A model generated the notes under the pieces. That model did no database searches. It worked only from the letters and a program-made list of their open reading frames with translations, and was not told the DNA's origin. Made by a program: the position numbers and the translations under genes. Source: a virus (Duplodnaviria; Caudoviricetes). Taken from it: a stretch of 57,192 nucleotides of DNA. The stretch is from positions 1-57,192 of IMG/VR virus record IMGVR_UViG_3300028025_001682. One strand, 5' to 3'. Numbering within the stretch: the stretch's first letter is position 1; the number at the start of each line of letters is the position of its first letter. Below, piece after piece: positions 48,651-57,192 of the stretch.

Positions 48651-48679
48651 TTGACATCGCAGTAAAAAACCTATAAATT
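48651..48679 (+). promoter_or_regulatory. Sigma70-like promoter upstream of dNMP kinase
   Basis: TTGACA (48651-48656), 17 nt, TAAATT (48674-48679); AAGGAG SD follows. Confidence 0.55.
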
Positions 48680-48700
48680 ATAGTATCGCAAGGAGATGCT

Positions 48701-49339
48701 ATGATTATCGGATTCGTGGGTTTTATTGGCTCTGGCAAAGACACTGCCGCAGATTATTTGGTTAACTTTCACGGATTTCGTCGAGACTCGTTTGCTAATA
48801 CTCTTAAAGATGCTGTAGCCGCAGTGTTTGGATGGGACCGCACACTCCTAGAAGGCCGTACCAAAGAAGCTCGTGAATGGCGTGAACAAGTAGATCCTTG
48901 GTGGGCAAAACGCTTAGATATGCCGCAGTTAACTCCCCGTTGGATTTTACAATACTGGGGCACTGAAGTTTGCCGTCAAGGTTTCCACGACGATATTTGG
49001 ATTGCTTCAGTAGAAAACAAAATGCGTAAAACCACTGACAACATTGTTATCAGTGATGTACGTTTTCCTAACGAAATTAAGGCTATTCATAATGCAGGCG
49101 GAAAAGTAATCTGGGTGCAACGTGGTGAATTACCTAGCTGGCATATTATGGCTGGCAAAGCAAATAATGGTGATACGTTTGCCGCCGAAAAACTTAAAGC
49201 ACTAGGCGTGCATGCCAGCGAAACTGCATGGGTGGGCAAAGACATCGACTACACTATACAGAACAATTCATCCATAGACGACTTATTTGAGCAGATTAAA
49301 AATCTGGTCGAAGATCGCCCTGTTTCCAAGGTAGCTTGA
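48701..49339 (+). CDS. gp1: Deoxynucleoside monophosphate kinase (T4 gp1-like)
   Basis: IIGFVGFIGSGKDT, SFANTLK, PRWILQYWGTE, ISDVRFPNE. Confidence 0.92.
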   Translation: MIIGFVGFIGSGKDTAADYLVNFHGFRRDSFANTLKDAVAAVFGWDRTLLEGRTKEAREWREQVDPWWAKRLDMPQLTPRWILQYWGTEVCRQGFHDDIWIASVENKMRKTTDNIVISDVRFPNEIKAIHNAGGKVIWVQRGELPSWHIMAGKANNGDTFAAEKLKALGVHASETAWVGKDIDYTIQNNSSIDDLFEQIKNLVEDRPVSKVA

Positions 49340-49631
49340 GCCTGTGCAATAGTCGTTGGCAGTTAGCACACACTGTTTTTAAATTTGTATATCTACAATT
49401 ACTAGGGTCTCCATCAACGTAGAACACATTAAACTGTTCACTGTATTTAGAAGTGTAGTTACACTTATCGCAGACAGTTTTCTTTTTGTAACCAGCTAAC
49501 TCCCACTTTGGAGTACCGTCACTTCGATTATTAGCACAGTGGTCGCATTTTGACCTGTAGAATGCACGACCTTCTTTGTAGTAGTTAACTGCTACAGGTC
49601 TTTGTTTACATATTCTACATAAATTTCTCAT
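49296..49631 (-). CDS. Zinc-binding degenerate HNH-like protein
   Basis: Four CxxC pairs; VDGD.SN...NL..VCANC pattern; TAAATA on - at 49667-49662. Confidence 0.65.
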   Translation of the reverse strand: MRNLCRICKQRPVAVNYYKEGRAFYRSKCDHCANNRSDGTPKWELAGYKKKTVCDKCNYTSKYSEQFNVFYVDGDPSNCRYTNLKTVCANCQRLLHRLKLPWKQGDLRPDF

Positions 49632-49729
49632 ACCCCGCCCTTTTTGCGCCCTTTTGTTACGTATTTAACCAGGAGTTTTTATCATCATCTTGGTAAATAA
49701 CTCAAGTAATCCATATAGGAGACAGTTAA

Positions 49730-52675
49730 ATGGCAACATTGAATTCACCAGGCGTACAAGTAAGCGTTATTGACGAGAGTTTTTACACTCCGTCAGCCCC
49801 CGGCACGGTGCCGATGCTATTTGTAGCCACACAAGAAGATAAAACAAACCCAAGCGGAACAACAGCTTTGGGTACCACAGCCGCTAATGCAGGTAAAGTA
49901 TGGTTAATCACAAGTCAACGTGATCTAACAGATACATTCGGAACACCTTTGTTCTACACTGACAGCAGTGGCAATCCATTACACGGTAATGAATTAAACG
50001 AATATGGCTTACAAGCTGCCTATAGTGCATTAGGTGTAAGCTCACGTGCATACATAGTACGTGCAGACATGGACCTAGCTGCGTTAACACCGACTAGTAC
50101 AGAACCAGTAGGCGCACCAGTTAGCGGAACATATTGGGTAGATACTGCATCGTCAGTATTTGGTGTCAAAGAGTGGAATGCAACTACACAGAAATTTACT
50201 GCTAAGACTCCTATTGTTTTAGATGATAATTCACAGGCAGCTAACTTTGACGGAAGTGCCCCTGCAGCCAGTGTTGGTCAGATTGGTGATTATTGCATGG
50301 TTGTAACCAGCAACAATACAAATCAGTTATACTACAAGAGATCAAATAACACTTGGACAGCAGTAGCTGATGGTTTTGATAGCGGTAAACAAGTTGCAAT
50401 TAGTCAACACTATTCTTATCCAAACTTTAACGGTAGTACTGCTACTGGCAGCGTTTGGGTAACAACAACCACTCCTGCAAATGGTGCAAACTGGTCAATC
50501 AAATTATACAATAGTTCAAGTCAGTCTTGGACTACTGTAACTACACCGATTTATTCTAATATCCCTAGTGCTAACTATGCATTAGATGCTACAGGCGGCG
50601 GTAAAAATATTCCAGTAGGATCGTTATTCATTGAATCTAACTACGATCACAGTGTTACTGAATCTGCTAGTTTTAAAGTTTGGAGAAAAGCTGTAACAGG
50701 TGTTACAACAATCACTGGATCAGCTAGTGGTAACATTGCAAATCCTTCAACAGATTATAAATTTGTTGTAAGAGAAACAACATTATCTGGTACTTGGAGT
50801 AGCACACAAACTGTAACTGTTAACACCTTAAATACCGGACTAAAATTAGGATCATTAATTCCAGCAGCTCTTTCAGCGGCAGGTTTAACTTACCTAAGCG
50901 CAACCTGGGATAACACTACAAACGTGTTATCTATCACACACTCTGGTGGTGGCGCTTTTGAGTTATACGACGATACTAATACCCCATTAGGAAACTTCTT
51001 TGCCCTAGGGTCAACTGCAAATCTATATTCAACACCTACCAATGATTTTGTCTTTGGCACAACACAATTCAACTATATTGCTACTGCTTGGAAGTCATTA
51101 GTCTATGAAGCAACTCCAACTGCTCCATATACAGTTCCTGCAGACGGAGCATTATGGTACAACAGTGTTGTCGATGAAGTGGATGTTATGTATCACAACG
51201 GTACAACATGGGTTGGCTATAGCAACTCATTCCCTAACGCTGATCCAGCTGGTCCAATCATTAGTGCCACAGAGCCTGACAAAACTACAGGACAATCTGA
51301 TGGTTCAGCACTAGTCACGGGCGATATCTGGGTTGACACTAGTGATATCGATCAGTATGGTAGAAACATTTATGTTTACAGCGGTACTGAGTGGGTCAAA
51401 CAAGATGTAACAGATCAATCAACACCAGATGGATGGTTGTTTGCCGATGCACGTTGGGCAGAGCAAGGTTCTAGCTCTACACCATCTAGCATTTCAAGAT
51501 TGTTAGGCAGTAACAACCTAGATCCAGATGCACCAGATCCAGCATTGTATCCAAAAGGTATGCGTCTATGGAACACACGCCGTAGCGGATTCAACGTTAA
51601 GAGATATGTTTCTGGTTACATCGATGTTACTGAAACAAACCCTCGACTTAACAATGCTAGCATGTCTTCATATGCAGCTGATCGCTGGGTATCACAGAAT
51701 GCTGTAGCCGCTGACGGTGGTCCGCAGTTTGGTAGACTAAGTCAACGAGCACAAGTAATTGAGGCTATGAAATCTCTAATTGATACTAATCAAAGTATCC
51801 GTGATAATGACACGCTAGGATTTAATTTGCTAGCAACTCCTGGTTATCCTGAAGTTATTCAGAACATGATTGGATTGAACACTGATCGCGGTATTACTGC
51901 GTTTGTTGTAGGTGATACACCATTCCGCTTAGAGCCAACTGGCACTGCGTTGAATGCTTGGGGTTTAAACACTGCTGGTGCATTAGACAACGGTGATGCA
52001 GGTGCTACAAGCTATGACGAATACATGGCCATGTACTACCCAAGTGGCTATGCTACTGACAACACAGGCAACAAGATTGTTGTTCCACCAAGTCACATGA
52101 TGTTGCGTACAATCATTAACAGTGATGCTAAGAGCTACCCATGGTTTGCTCCAGCAGGAACACGTCGTGGTGGTGTTGACAATGCAACTAGTGTTGGTTA
52201 TATCAATGCTGAAGGCGAGTTCAAGACTACTGCATTGCCACAAGGTCTACGTGACGTACTTGACGATGTTAAGATTAACCCAATTGCTACACTAACTGGT
52301 GTTGGCGTATTGGCCTATGGTCAGCGTACTCGTGCTAGAAATGCCAGCGCACTAGATAGAATTAACGTAGCACGTTTAGTTTGCTATCTACGTAAACAAC
52401 TAGATGTTCTTGCAAGACCATTCTTGTTTGAACCTAACGATGCTCAGACACGTCGCGAAATTAAAGCAGCAGCCGAAAGTCTAATGCTTGAGTTAGTAGG
52501 ACAAAGAGCACTATATGATTATGTTGTAGTCTGCGATGAGACAAACAACACTCCTTCTAGAATTGACAGAAATGAGTTGTATGTTGACATTGCCATTGAG
52601 CCAGTAAAAGCTATTGAATACATTTATATTCCACTACGCTTGAAAAATACTGGTGACATTGCAGCCGGACTATAA
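49730..52675 (+). CDS. gp18: Tail sheath protein
   Basis: SPGVQVSVIDES, PWFAPAGTRRG, INPI, DRINVARL, FEPND, VVCDETNNT; TAAATA 49694 and AGGAG. Confidence 0.95.
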   Translation: MATLNSPGVQVSVIDESFYTPSAPGTVPMLFVATQEDKTNPSGTTALGTTAANAGKVWLITSQRDLTDTFGTPLFYTDSSGNPLHGNELNEYGLQAAYSALGVSSRAYIVRADMDLAALTPTSTEPVGAPVSGTYWVDTASSVFGVKEWNATTQKFTAKTPIVLDDNSQAANFDGSAPAASVGQIGDYCMVVTSNNTNQLYYKRSNNTWTAVADGFDSGKQVAISQHYSYPNFNGSTATGSVWVTTTTPANGANWSIKLYNSSSQSWTTVTTPIYSNIPSANYALDATGGGKNIPVGSLFIESNYDHSVTESASFKVWRKAVTGVTTITGSASGNIANPSTDYKFVVRETTLSGTWSSTQTVTVNTLNTGLKLGSLIPAALSAAGLTYLSATWDNTTNVLSITHSGGGAFELYDDTNTPLGNFFALGSTANLYSTPTNDFVFGTTQFNYIATAWKSLVYEATPTAPYTVPADGALWYNSVVDEVDVMYHNGTTWVGYSNSFPNADPAGPIISATEPDKTTGQSDGSALVTGDIWVDTSDIDQYGRNIYVYSGTEWVKQDVTDQSTPDGWLFADARWAEQGSSSTPSSISRLLGSNNLDPDAPDPALYPKGMRLWNTRRSGFNVKRYVSGYIDVTETNPRLNNASMSSYAADRWVSQNAVAADGGPQFGRLSQRAQVIEAMKSLIDTNQSIRDNDTLGFNLLATPGYPEVIQNMIGLNTDRGITAFVVGDTPFRLEPTGTALNAWGLNTAGALDNGDAGATSYDEYMAMYYPSGYATDNTGNKIVVPPSHMMLRTIINSDAKSYPWFAPAGTRRGGVDNATSVGYINAEGEFKTTALPQGLRDVLDDVKINPIATLTGVGVLAYGQRTRARNASALDRINVARLVCYLRKQLDVLARPFLFEPNDAQTRREIKAAAESLMLELVGQRALYDYVVVCDETNNTPSRIDRNELYVDIAIEPVKAIEYIYIPLRLKNTGDIAAGL

Positions 52676-52706
52676 TAGGTAAATACAAAGAATAAGGAGC
52701 ATTTAT

Positions 52707-53357
52707 ATGCCAATCGCAAGTTTATCAAGATTTACAGTACCTATTAGTGGAAGTCAGGCTTCCACTACACAGGGTCTGTTGATGCCAAAACTAAAGTACC
52801 GCTTCCGTGTTACTTTAGACAGTTTTGGTGTTCCAGGGCAACCTACAACTGAACTAACTAAACAGGTAATGAACGTTAGCCGTCCTGAAGTTAGTTTTGA
52901 AGAAATCAAATTACCTGTTTACAACAGCACAGTTAAGCTATTAGGTAAGCACAATTTTGCAGATGCAAAATTAACTATCCGTGATGACGCGAGCGGTGTT
53001 GTTAGTCGCAAGGTAGGTGAGCAACTACAGAAACAATTTGACTTCTTTGAACAAAGCGGTGCTGCTAGCGGTATTGATTATAAGTTCAGAATGCGTGTTG
53101 AAATGCTTGACGGTGGTAACGGTCAATTTGAACCAGTTACACTAGAAAGTTTTGAATTCTTAGGATGCTTTATTAAGCAGGCTACTTATCAAGGCGGTGA
53201 CTACGCAGATGCAACTAACCCAATGGATATTGCACTAACTATCACTTATGATAATGCTATTCAACTAGATGCTCCAGGTGGTGCAGCCAGCGGCATTGGT
53301 ATCGACGTAGGTCGTGTAGTACGTCCGGCAGGCGCACAAGGTCTAAGTACAGGTTAA
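52707..53357 (+). CDS. gp19: Tail tube protein
   Basis: Follows sheath; YRFRV, VSRP, LTIRDD, LTITYDNA; TAAATA 52680 and AAGGAG. Confidence 0.85.
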   Translation: MPIASLSRFTVPISGSQASTTQGLLMPKLKYRFRVTLDSFGVPGQPTTELTKQVMNVSRPEVSFEEIKLPVYNSTVKLLGKHNFADAKLTIRDDASGVVSRKVGEQLQKQFDFFEQSGAASGIDYKFRMRVEMLDGGNGQFEPVTLESFEFLGCFIKQATYQGGDYADATNPMDIALTITYDNAIQLDAPGGAASGIGIDVGRVVRPAGAQGLSTG

Positions 53358-53374
53358 TAGTTAAATTAACTATC

Positions 53375-53405
53375 AAAAAGCTCGGCATAAAAACCCGGGC
53401 TTTTT
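53375..53405 (+). terminator. Intrinsic terminator
   Basis: AAAAAGCTCGG...CCGGGCTTTTT after tube gene. Confidence 0.7.
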
Positions 53406-53423
53406 ATTTGGCTAAATATTTGT

Positions 53424-54569
53424 ATGAGTAATGCGTTCAATAACTTTTTAGCGTCAACAGGATATACTAGTGGTTATCCTAATTTAAAAGACTACCAACA
53501 TGCTAGTCGACTTTATGTTGACGATAATTATGCATATTCTCCCAAAGTTGGTTTCCTCTACTATGTAGTATTCAATATCAATCCTAATGCTATTATAGAT
53601 CAAGAATGGAGGAATAAAAGTTCAATGGATGTTGGGCTGTTGGTTAAAAAAGTCGACCTTCCTAAATTTACCATTGCTACTGAGACATTAAATCAGTACA
53701 ATAGAAAAACAGTAGTACCTACTAAATTAACCTATACTCCAGTGGGGGTTGAGTTCCATGATGACAACATCGATATCATTAATAAACTATGGATCAACTA
53801 TTACAAACATTATTTTGCAGACAGTAGTTACGGAACAAATGGCGAAGTACCTGTAGAATTTAGAGATACTAAGTACGGTGAAACAGATTATCAATATGGT
53901 ATCTACGATAACAATGTCAAAGTTCCTTTCTTAACTTCTATAGAAATTTATAGTCTACATCAACAGAATTTTACGCAGGTAACTTTGATTAATCCTAAGA
54001 TTACAGAATGGGCACATGATAGTTTAAATCAAAGTGAAGGCAGCAAGACTATGCAGAATAGAATGCAGGTTGCCTATGAAAACGTCCTTTATGATTATGG
54101 TCAGATTGTTGCAGAAACTAATCCTCCAGGTTTTACAACAGTGTATTATGATAAGACGCCAAGTCCACTGCAGATTGCCGGCAACCCTATAAACAATCCC
54201 TACTATGTTAAAAAAGAAACAGGCTTTGATAAACCGGGCGCTCAGCGAGTGTTTGGCAAAGTAGGCGGCCAATATAATTCGCCTAACCCACTGTTAGATA
54301 TTGCTACAATCCTTGCTAAGAATTATGTAAACACTAAAGGTATTGTTCGAACCAAGGCTACAGGTTATAATATTGCCAGCGGAGCACTTGGTGCTCTAAC
54401 TAAAACATCTCCAGGAAAATATTATACACCTCCAAGCACGGAATACAATCCAGGAGTGTTCAATTTGCCAGGCGGGGTGGGTATCAACATCTTCAAAGCG
54501 TTTAATACCAGTGTTGACGGGAAGATTAGAGCAAATCCTGCCGCACTTATATTTCCTCCTAAAAGGTAA
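53424..54569 (+). CDS. Tube-fold baseplate protein (gp48/gp54-like)
   Basis: VKKVDLPKF....LNQYNRK...Y.PV.VEFHDD tube-like motifs; TAAATA 53413. Confidence 0.6.
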   Translation: MSNAFNNFLASTGYTSGYPNLKDYQHASRLYVDDNYAYSPKVGFLYYVVFNINPNAIIDQEWRNKSSMDVGLLVKKVDLPKFTIATETLNQYNRKTVVPTKLTYTPVGVEFHDDNIDIINKLWINYYKHYFADSSYGTNGEVPVEFRDTKYGETDYQYGIYDNNVKVPFLTSIEIYSLHQQNFTQVTLINPKITEWAHDSLNQSEGSKTMQNRMQVAYENVLYDYGQIVAETNPPGFTTVYYDKTPSPLQIAGNPINNPYYVKKETGFDKPGAQRVFGKVGGQYNSPNPLLDIATILAKNYVNTKGIVRTKATGYNIASGALGALTKTSPGKYYTPPSTEYNPGVFNLPGGVGINIFKAFNTSVDGKIRANPAALIFPPKR

Positions 54570-54571
54570 TT

Positions 54572-54940
54572 ATGAATCAAAATTATTCTAACATCCCTGT
54601 TAGTAAATCTCAAGACTCAACAGTACAAGCATTTGACTCATATATGAGTGCACCAGTTGAAATTAATTCATCTGTACTAGCCGCTATGAAGGGCTATTTT
54701 ACTAATAGAGATTTCGGCGAAGTAGCCGCAGAATCTATTGCTGTTACAATTATTAGACAGGCCAAACAAGACGGCTATAATCCTATGCAAATTTTAGATA
54801 CACTAAAAGGATTAGACAACGTACAGTTATCTGGACTAGTTTCTGAGATACTAAATTACAATAGATTTAAAAGTAGCAGTCTAGGTTACGCTGAAAAATT
54901 CCAAACACATCCTGAAATTCAAAGAAACATTGTAGCATGA
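54572..54940 (+). CDS. Hypothetical protein
   Basis: 122 aa, tightly coupled to neighbours. Confidence 0.7.
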   Translation: MNQNYSNIPVSKSQDSTVQAFDSYMSAPVEINSSVLAAMKGYFTNRDFGEVAAESIAVTIIRQAKQDGYNPMQILDTLKGLDNVQLSGLVSEILNYNRFKSSSLGYAEKFQTHPEIQRNIVA

Positions 54941-55383
54941 GCTTAAAGTTTAGTCAGGGTGTTTATAAAATAAAAAATCCCGAAAAATATATAGGACAAG
55001 GTGCTCCTAGGTATAGAAGTTCTTGGGAATTCACATTTATGACTTTCTGCGATAACAATCCTAGCATACAGCAGTGGGCCAGTGAAAGTGTAAAGATACC
55101 TTATAGAGATCCATTAACTGGCAAGCATACAATATACGTTCCTGATTTCTTAATTTCTTATGTCGATAAGAATATGAAAAAGCACGTTGAGATTGTAGAA
55201 ATAAAACCTGCTAATCAAACCCTAAAAGAACGTGTGGGTAAAAACCCCTACAATCAAGCACAGTTTATTAAGAATCAAGCCAAATGGTCAGCAGCCGCAG
55301 ATTGGTGCAGTCAGCAGGGCATTAAGTTTAGGATTGTCAACGAAAGCGATATTTTCCAGAATGGTGGAAAACGGAATAAGTAA
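54937..55383 (+). CDS. gp4: Head completion nuclease (T4 gp4-like, TnsA-type PD-(D/E)xK)
   Basis: NPEKYIG, YRSSWE, W.SE...IPY, YVPDF, EIKP, N.AKW.AA. Confidence 0.88.
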   Translation: MSLKFSQGVYKIKNPEKYIGQGAPRYRSSWEFTFMTFCDNNPSIQQWASESVKIPYRDPLTGKHTIYVPDFLISYVDKNMKKHVEIVEIKPANQTLKERVGKNPYNQAQFIKNQAKWSAAADWCSQQGIKFRIVNESDIFQNGGKRNK

Positions 55384-55387
55384 AAAT

Positions 55388-55867
55388 ATGACAAAAAAGT
55401 TAGAAGAACTCTTAAACATAGAACCAGCTGAGCCTGTTATTCAAGCAGAAGCAGTTGATGTAAGTCCAGTGCCTACAATTAATCTAGAAGAAAAGTTAGA
55501 AGAATTTGATAAGATTGCAGCCGCGTTACCTCGTGTAAAAGGGCTGGGAGATATCAGTGATGCAGAGCTAGATGCACTTGCAGACAAAGCTGAAAAAGCC
55601 TACGATGACTTAATGGACCTAGGAATGAACGTAGAAGCACGCTACGGTTCTCGTATGTTTGAAGTAGCCGCACAGATGATGAATGCCGCTATCACAGCTA
55701 AAACTAACAAAATCGATAAGAAGTTAAAGATGGTTGATTTACAGCTTAAGAAGCTGGCCATAGACAAAAAACACGGTGAAGGTAGCGGAAATACCGTTGA
55801 GGGCGAAGGATATATTATTACAGATCGTAATAGCATCCTGGAGAAACTAAAGAATCTTAATAAATAA
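55388..55867 (+). CDS. Probable terminase small subunit (gp16-like)
   Basis: RMFEVAAQMM...K...DLQLKK helical core; start ATG 55388 after TAAGTA. Confidence 0.6.
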   Translation: MTKKLEELLNIEPAEPVIQAEAVDVSPVPTINLEEKLEEFDKIAAALPRVKGLGDISDAELDALADKAEKAYDDLMDLGMNVEARYGSRMFEVAAQMMNAAITAKTNKIDKKLKMVDLQLKKLAIDKKHGEGSGNTVEGEGYIITDRNSILEKLKNLNK

Positions 55868-55873
55868 TACACT

Positions 55874-56461
55874 ATGAAATCATTCAAAGAACACCTAACC
55901 GAATCTAAAAAGAAGTATGACTTCCGTATCAAAATTGCCGGCGAAATGACCACTGAGCAAGAAGATACTATGAAGAGCTTACTAAGCCGTTTCACTACAG
56001 GCAATGCTCCAGCAGGATTCAAAAAATCAAAGACTCCTATTCAAGCGCTACCATTAGATTTCCCCCAAGTTAAAAATTGCGAAGTTAATATCTATGAAGT
56101 TGTATTAGACTATCCAACTACACAATTTGAACTAACAGAATATCTAAGTTCAGGTCTTGGTGTAGGTAAACAACATTTAGTAGTTCGCAGTCCTATGGAA
56201 CCTACTGAAGAATATCAAAATATTGAACCTAAAAGAGAAGGCGCTTTGTTAGCTGATCCAGATTACAAAGAAGCTCCTAATGCTCAAATGGAAGATTTTT
56301 ACGGTGACAAATACAACAGTGGATTTGTCAAAGAATTGAATGATATCTTGAAATTACAAAGACGCGAGCGTGGAGAAGAAATTCCCACAGACGGTCCTGC
56401 CAAGTTCAATACAGATGCAGAACCAGGAAACATTGGCCCTATAAGTGGCAAAGGAAAATAA
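55874..56461 (+). CDS. Putative head protein with capsid-targeting-like N-terminus
   Basis: MKSFKEHLTES resembles the T4 internal protein leader; TAAATA 55861. Confidence 0.65.
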   Translation: MKSFKEHLTESKKKYDFRIKIAGEMTTEQEDTMKSLLSRFTTGNAPAGFKKSKTPIQALPLDFPQVKNCEVNIYEVVLDYPTTQFELTEYLSSGLGVGKQHLVVRSPMEPTEEYQNIEPKREGALLADPDYKEAPNAQMEDFYGDKYNSGFVKELNDILKLQRRERGEEIPTDGPAKFNTDAEPGNIGPISGKGK

Positions 56462-56462
56462 T

Positions 56463-57122
56463 ATGCAAATGATTGACGTACTAAAAAGATTGGCAGAACT
56501 AGATGCCGACAATCCTAACATTATCAAGGAAAGTCAGCAAGTTGAAGAGTGTGGTATGATGCCAGGTATGGTTCCAGAAATGGGCATGGACATTGCTCCA
56601 GAGAAGCCATCTATGCCAGCAAGCATTAACATGTCAGCAGGCAGCGGTGATGAACTAAGCAACATGTTAGCTACTATCATGCAACTTGCAGGTCAAAACA
56701 AACCTGTATCAGCATCTCCTCCATTAGACAATGCACCACCAGCACCGGGAACACTAGAGCCAGCAGGCAGCGGAAGCCCAGCAGATACTATGCGTAGTGT
56801 TATTGACAAGTTAAATCCAATGGATGGCGATGACGAAGGCGGTGATGATGTTAACAAAGCACACGGCGACCTAGACAATGACGGTGATCACGACATGGAT
56901 GATCATGACATGGAAAAGAAAGAGCCAGTTGACGAGTATGACAACACTCCATCTGACCCTAACAAAAAGAATGAGTTCGATGCAAACCAGTTTGCACATC
57001 AAGAGAATCAGCCAGGGCAAGGCGATAGAATGGACGGAACAAGTCCAAAAGCATACGCAGATATGAACGAAGCAGTAACAGATCTATTTGCACAATACAA
57101 AAGGTTTGTCAGCGAAAACTGA
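56463..57122 (+). CDS. Acidic low-complexity putative head protein
   Basis: ATG 56463 after AAGGA; Asp/Pro/Met-rich, DLDNDGDHDMDDH. Confidence 0.65.
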   Translation: MQMIDVLKRLAELDADNPNIIKESQQVEECGMMPGMVPEMGMDIAPEKPSMPASINMSAGSGDELSNMLATIMQLAGQNKPVSASPPLDNAPPAPGTLEPAGSGSPADTMRSVIDKLNPMDGDDEGGDDVNKAHGDLDNDGDHDMDDHDMEKKEPVDEYDNTPSDPNKKNEFDANQFAHQENQPGQGDRMDGTSPKAYADMNEAVTDLFAQYKRFVSEN

Positions 57123-57139
57123 TAAGTTTTACCTTTACC

Positions 57140-57167
57140 AAATAGACCCTTCGGGGTCTATTTTTTT
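57140..57167 (+). terminator. Intrinsic terminator with C(UUCG)G loop
   Basis: AAATAGACCC-TTCG-GGGTCTATTT-TTTT. Confidence 0.9.
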
Positions 57168-57170
57168 CAT

Positions 57171-57192
57171 TAAATAAATGCATGGCATATAC
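57171..57192 (+). promoter_or_regulatory. Late promoter core TAAATA and start of next gene (ATG 57182, truncated)
   Basis: TAAATA-AATGC-ATGGCATAT. Confidence 0.55.

Noticed and set aside
55232-55387. GTG-started extension of the small terminase ORF
   Set aside because: Lies inside gp4; ATG 55388 follows the gp4 stop and a TAAGTA motif
1-57192. Stop-codon reassignment or tRNA genes
   Set aside because: Code 11 gives full-length conserved genes at high density; TAA, TGA and TAG all end genes; no cloverleaf seen

Overview
A 57-kb, gene-dense, AT-rich segment of a large T4-like (myovirus) phage genome. It holds the end of a recombination module (gp46/Rad50-like ATPase, Hc1 histone-like protein, GIY-YIG nuclease) followed by most of the virion module in a non-T4 order: tail chaperone/hub protein, tape measure, portal, core, protease, scaffold, major capsid, two decoration paralogs, ~28 kb of fibre/adhesin genes with interspersed modifying enzymes, neck, dNMP kinase, sheath, tube, gp4 and small terminase. 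T4-type late promoters (TAAATA) and C(UUCG)G terminators recur. Main signals: (1) seven phycobiliprotein-like CxRD helical repeats in a 2214-aa virion protein; (2) a T-TTT-TTC slippery site plus a perfect 17-bp hairpin predicting a G/GT-type -1 frameshift beside the tape measure gene; (3) a ~440-nt structured non-coding region with a pseudoknot after the GIY-YIG gene; (4) a covarying two-hairpin leader before two paralogous capsid-adjacent genes; (5) two fibre cassettes each followed by a homologous helical protein and modifying enzymes, including a U32-methyltransferase fusion; (6) a set of apparently leaderless late genes. All calls come from motif recognition by eye; no searches were run and the host cannot be determined from this window.
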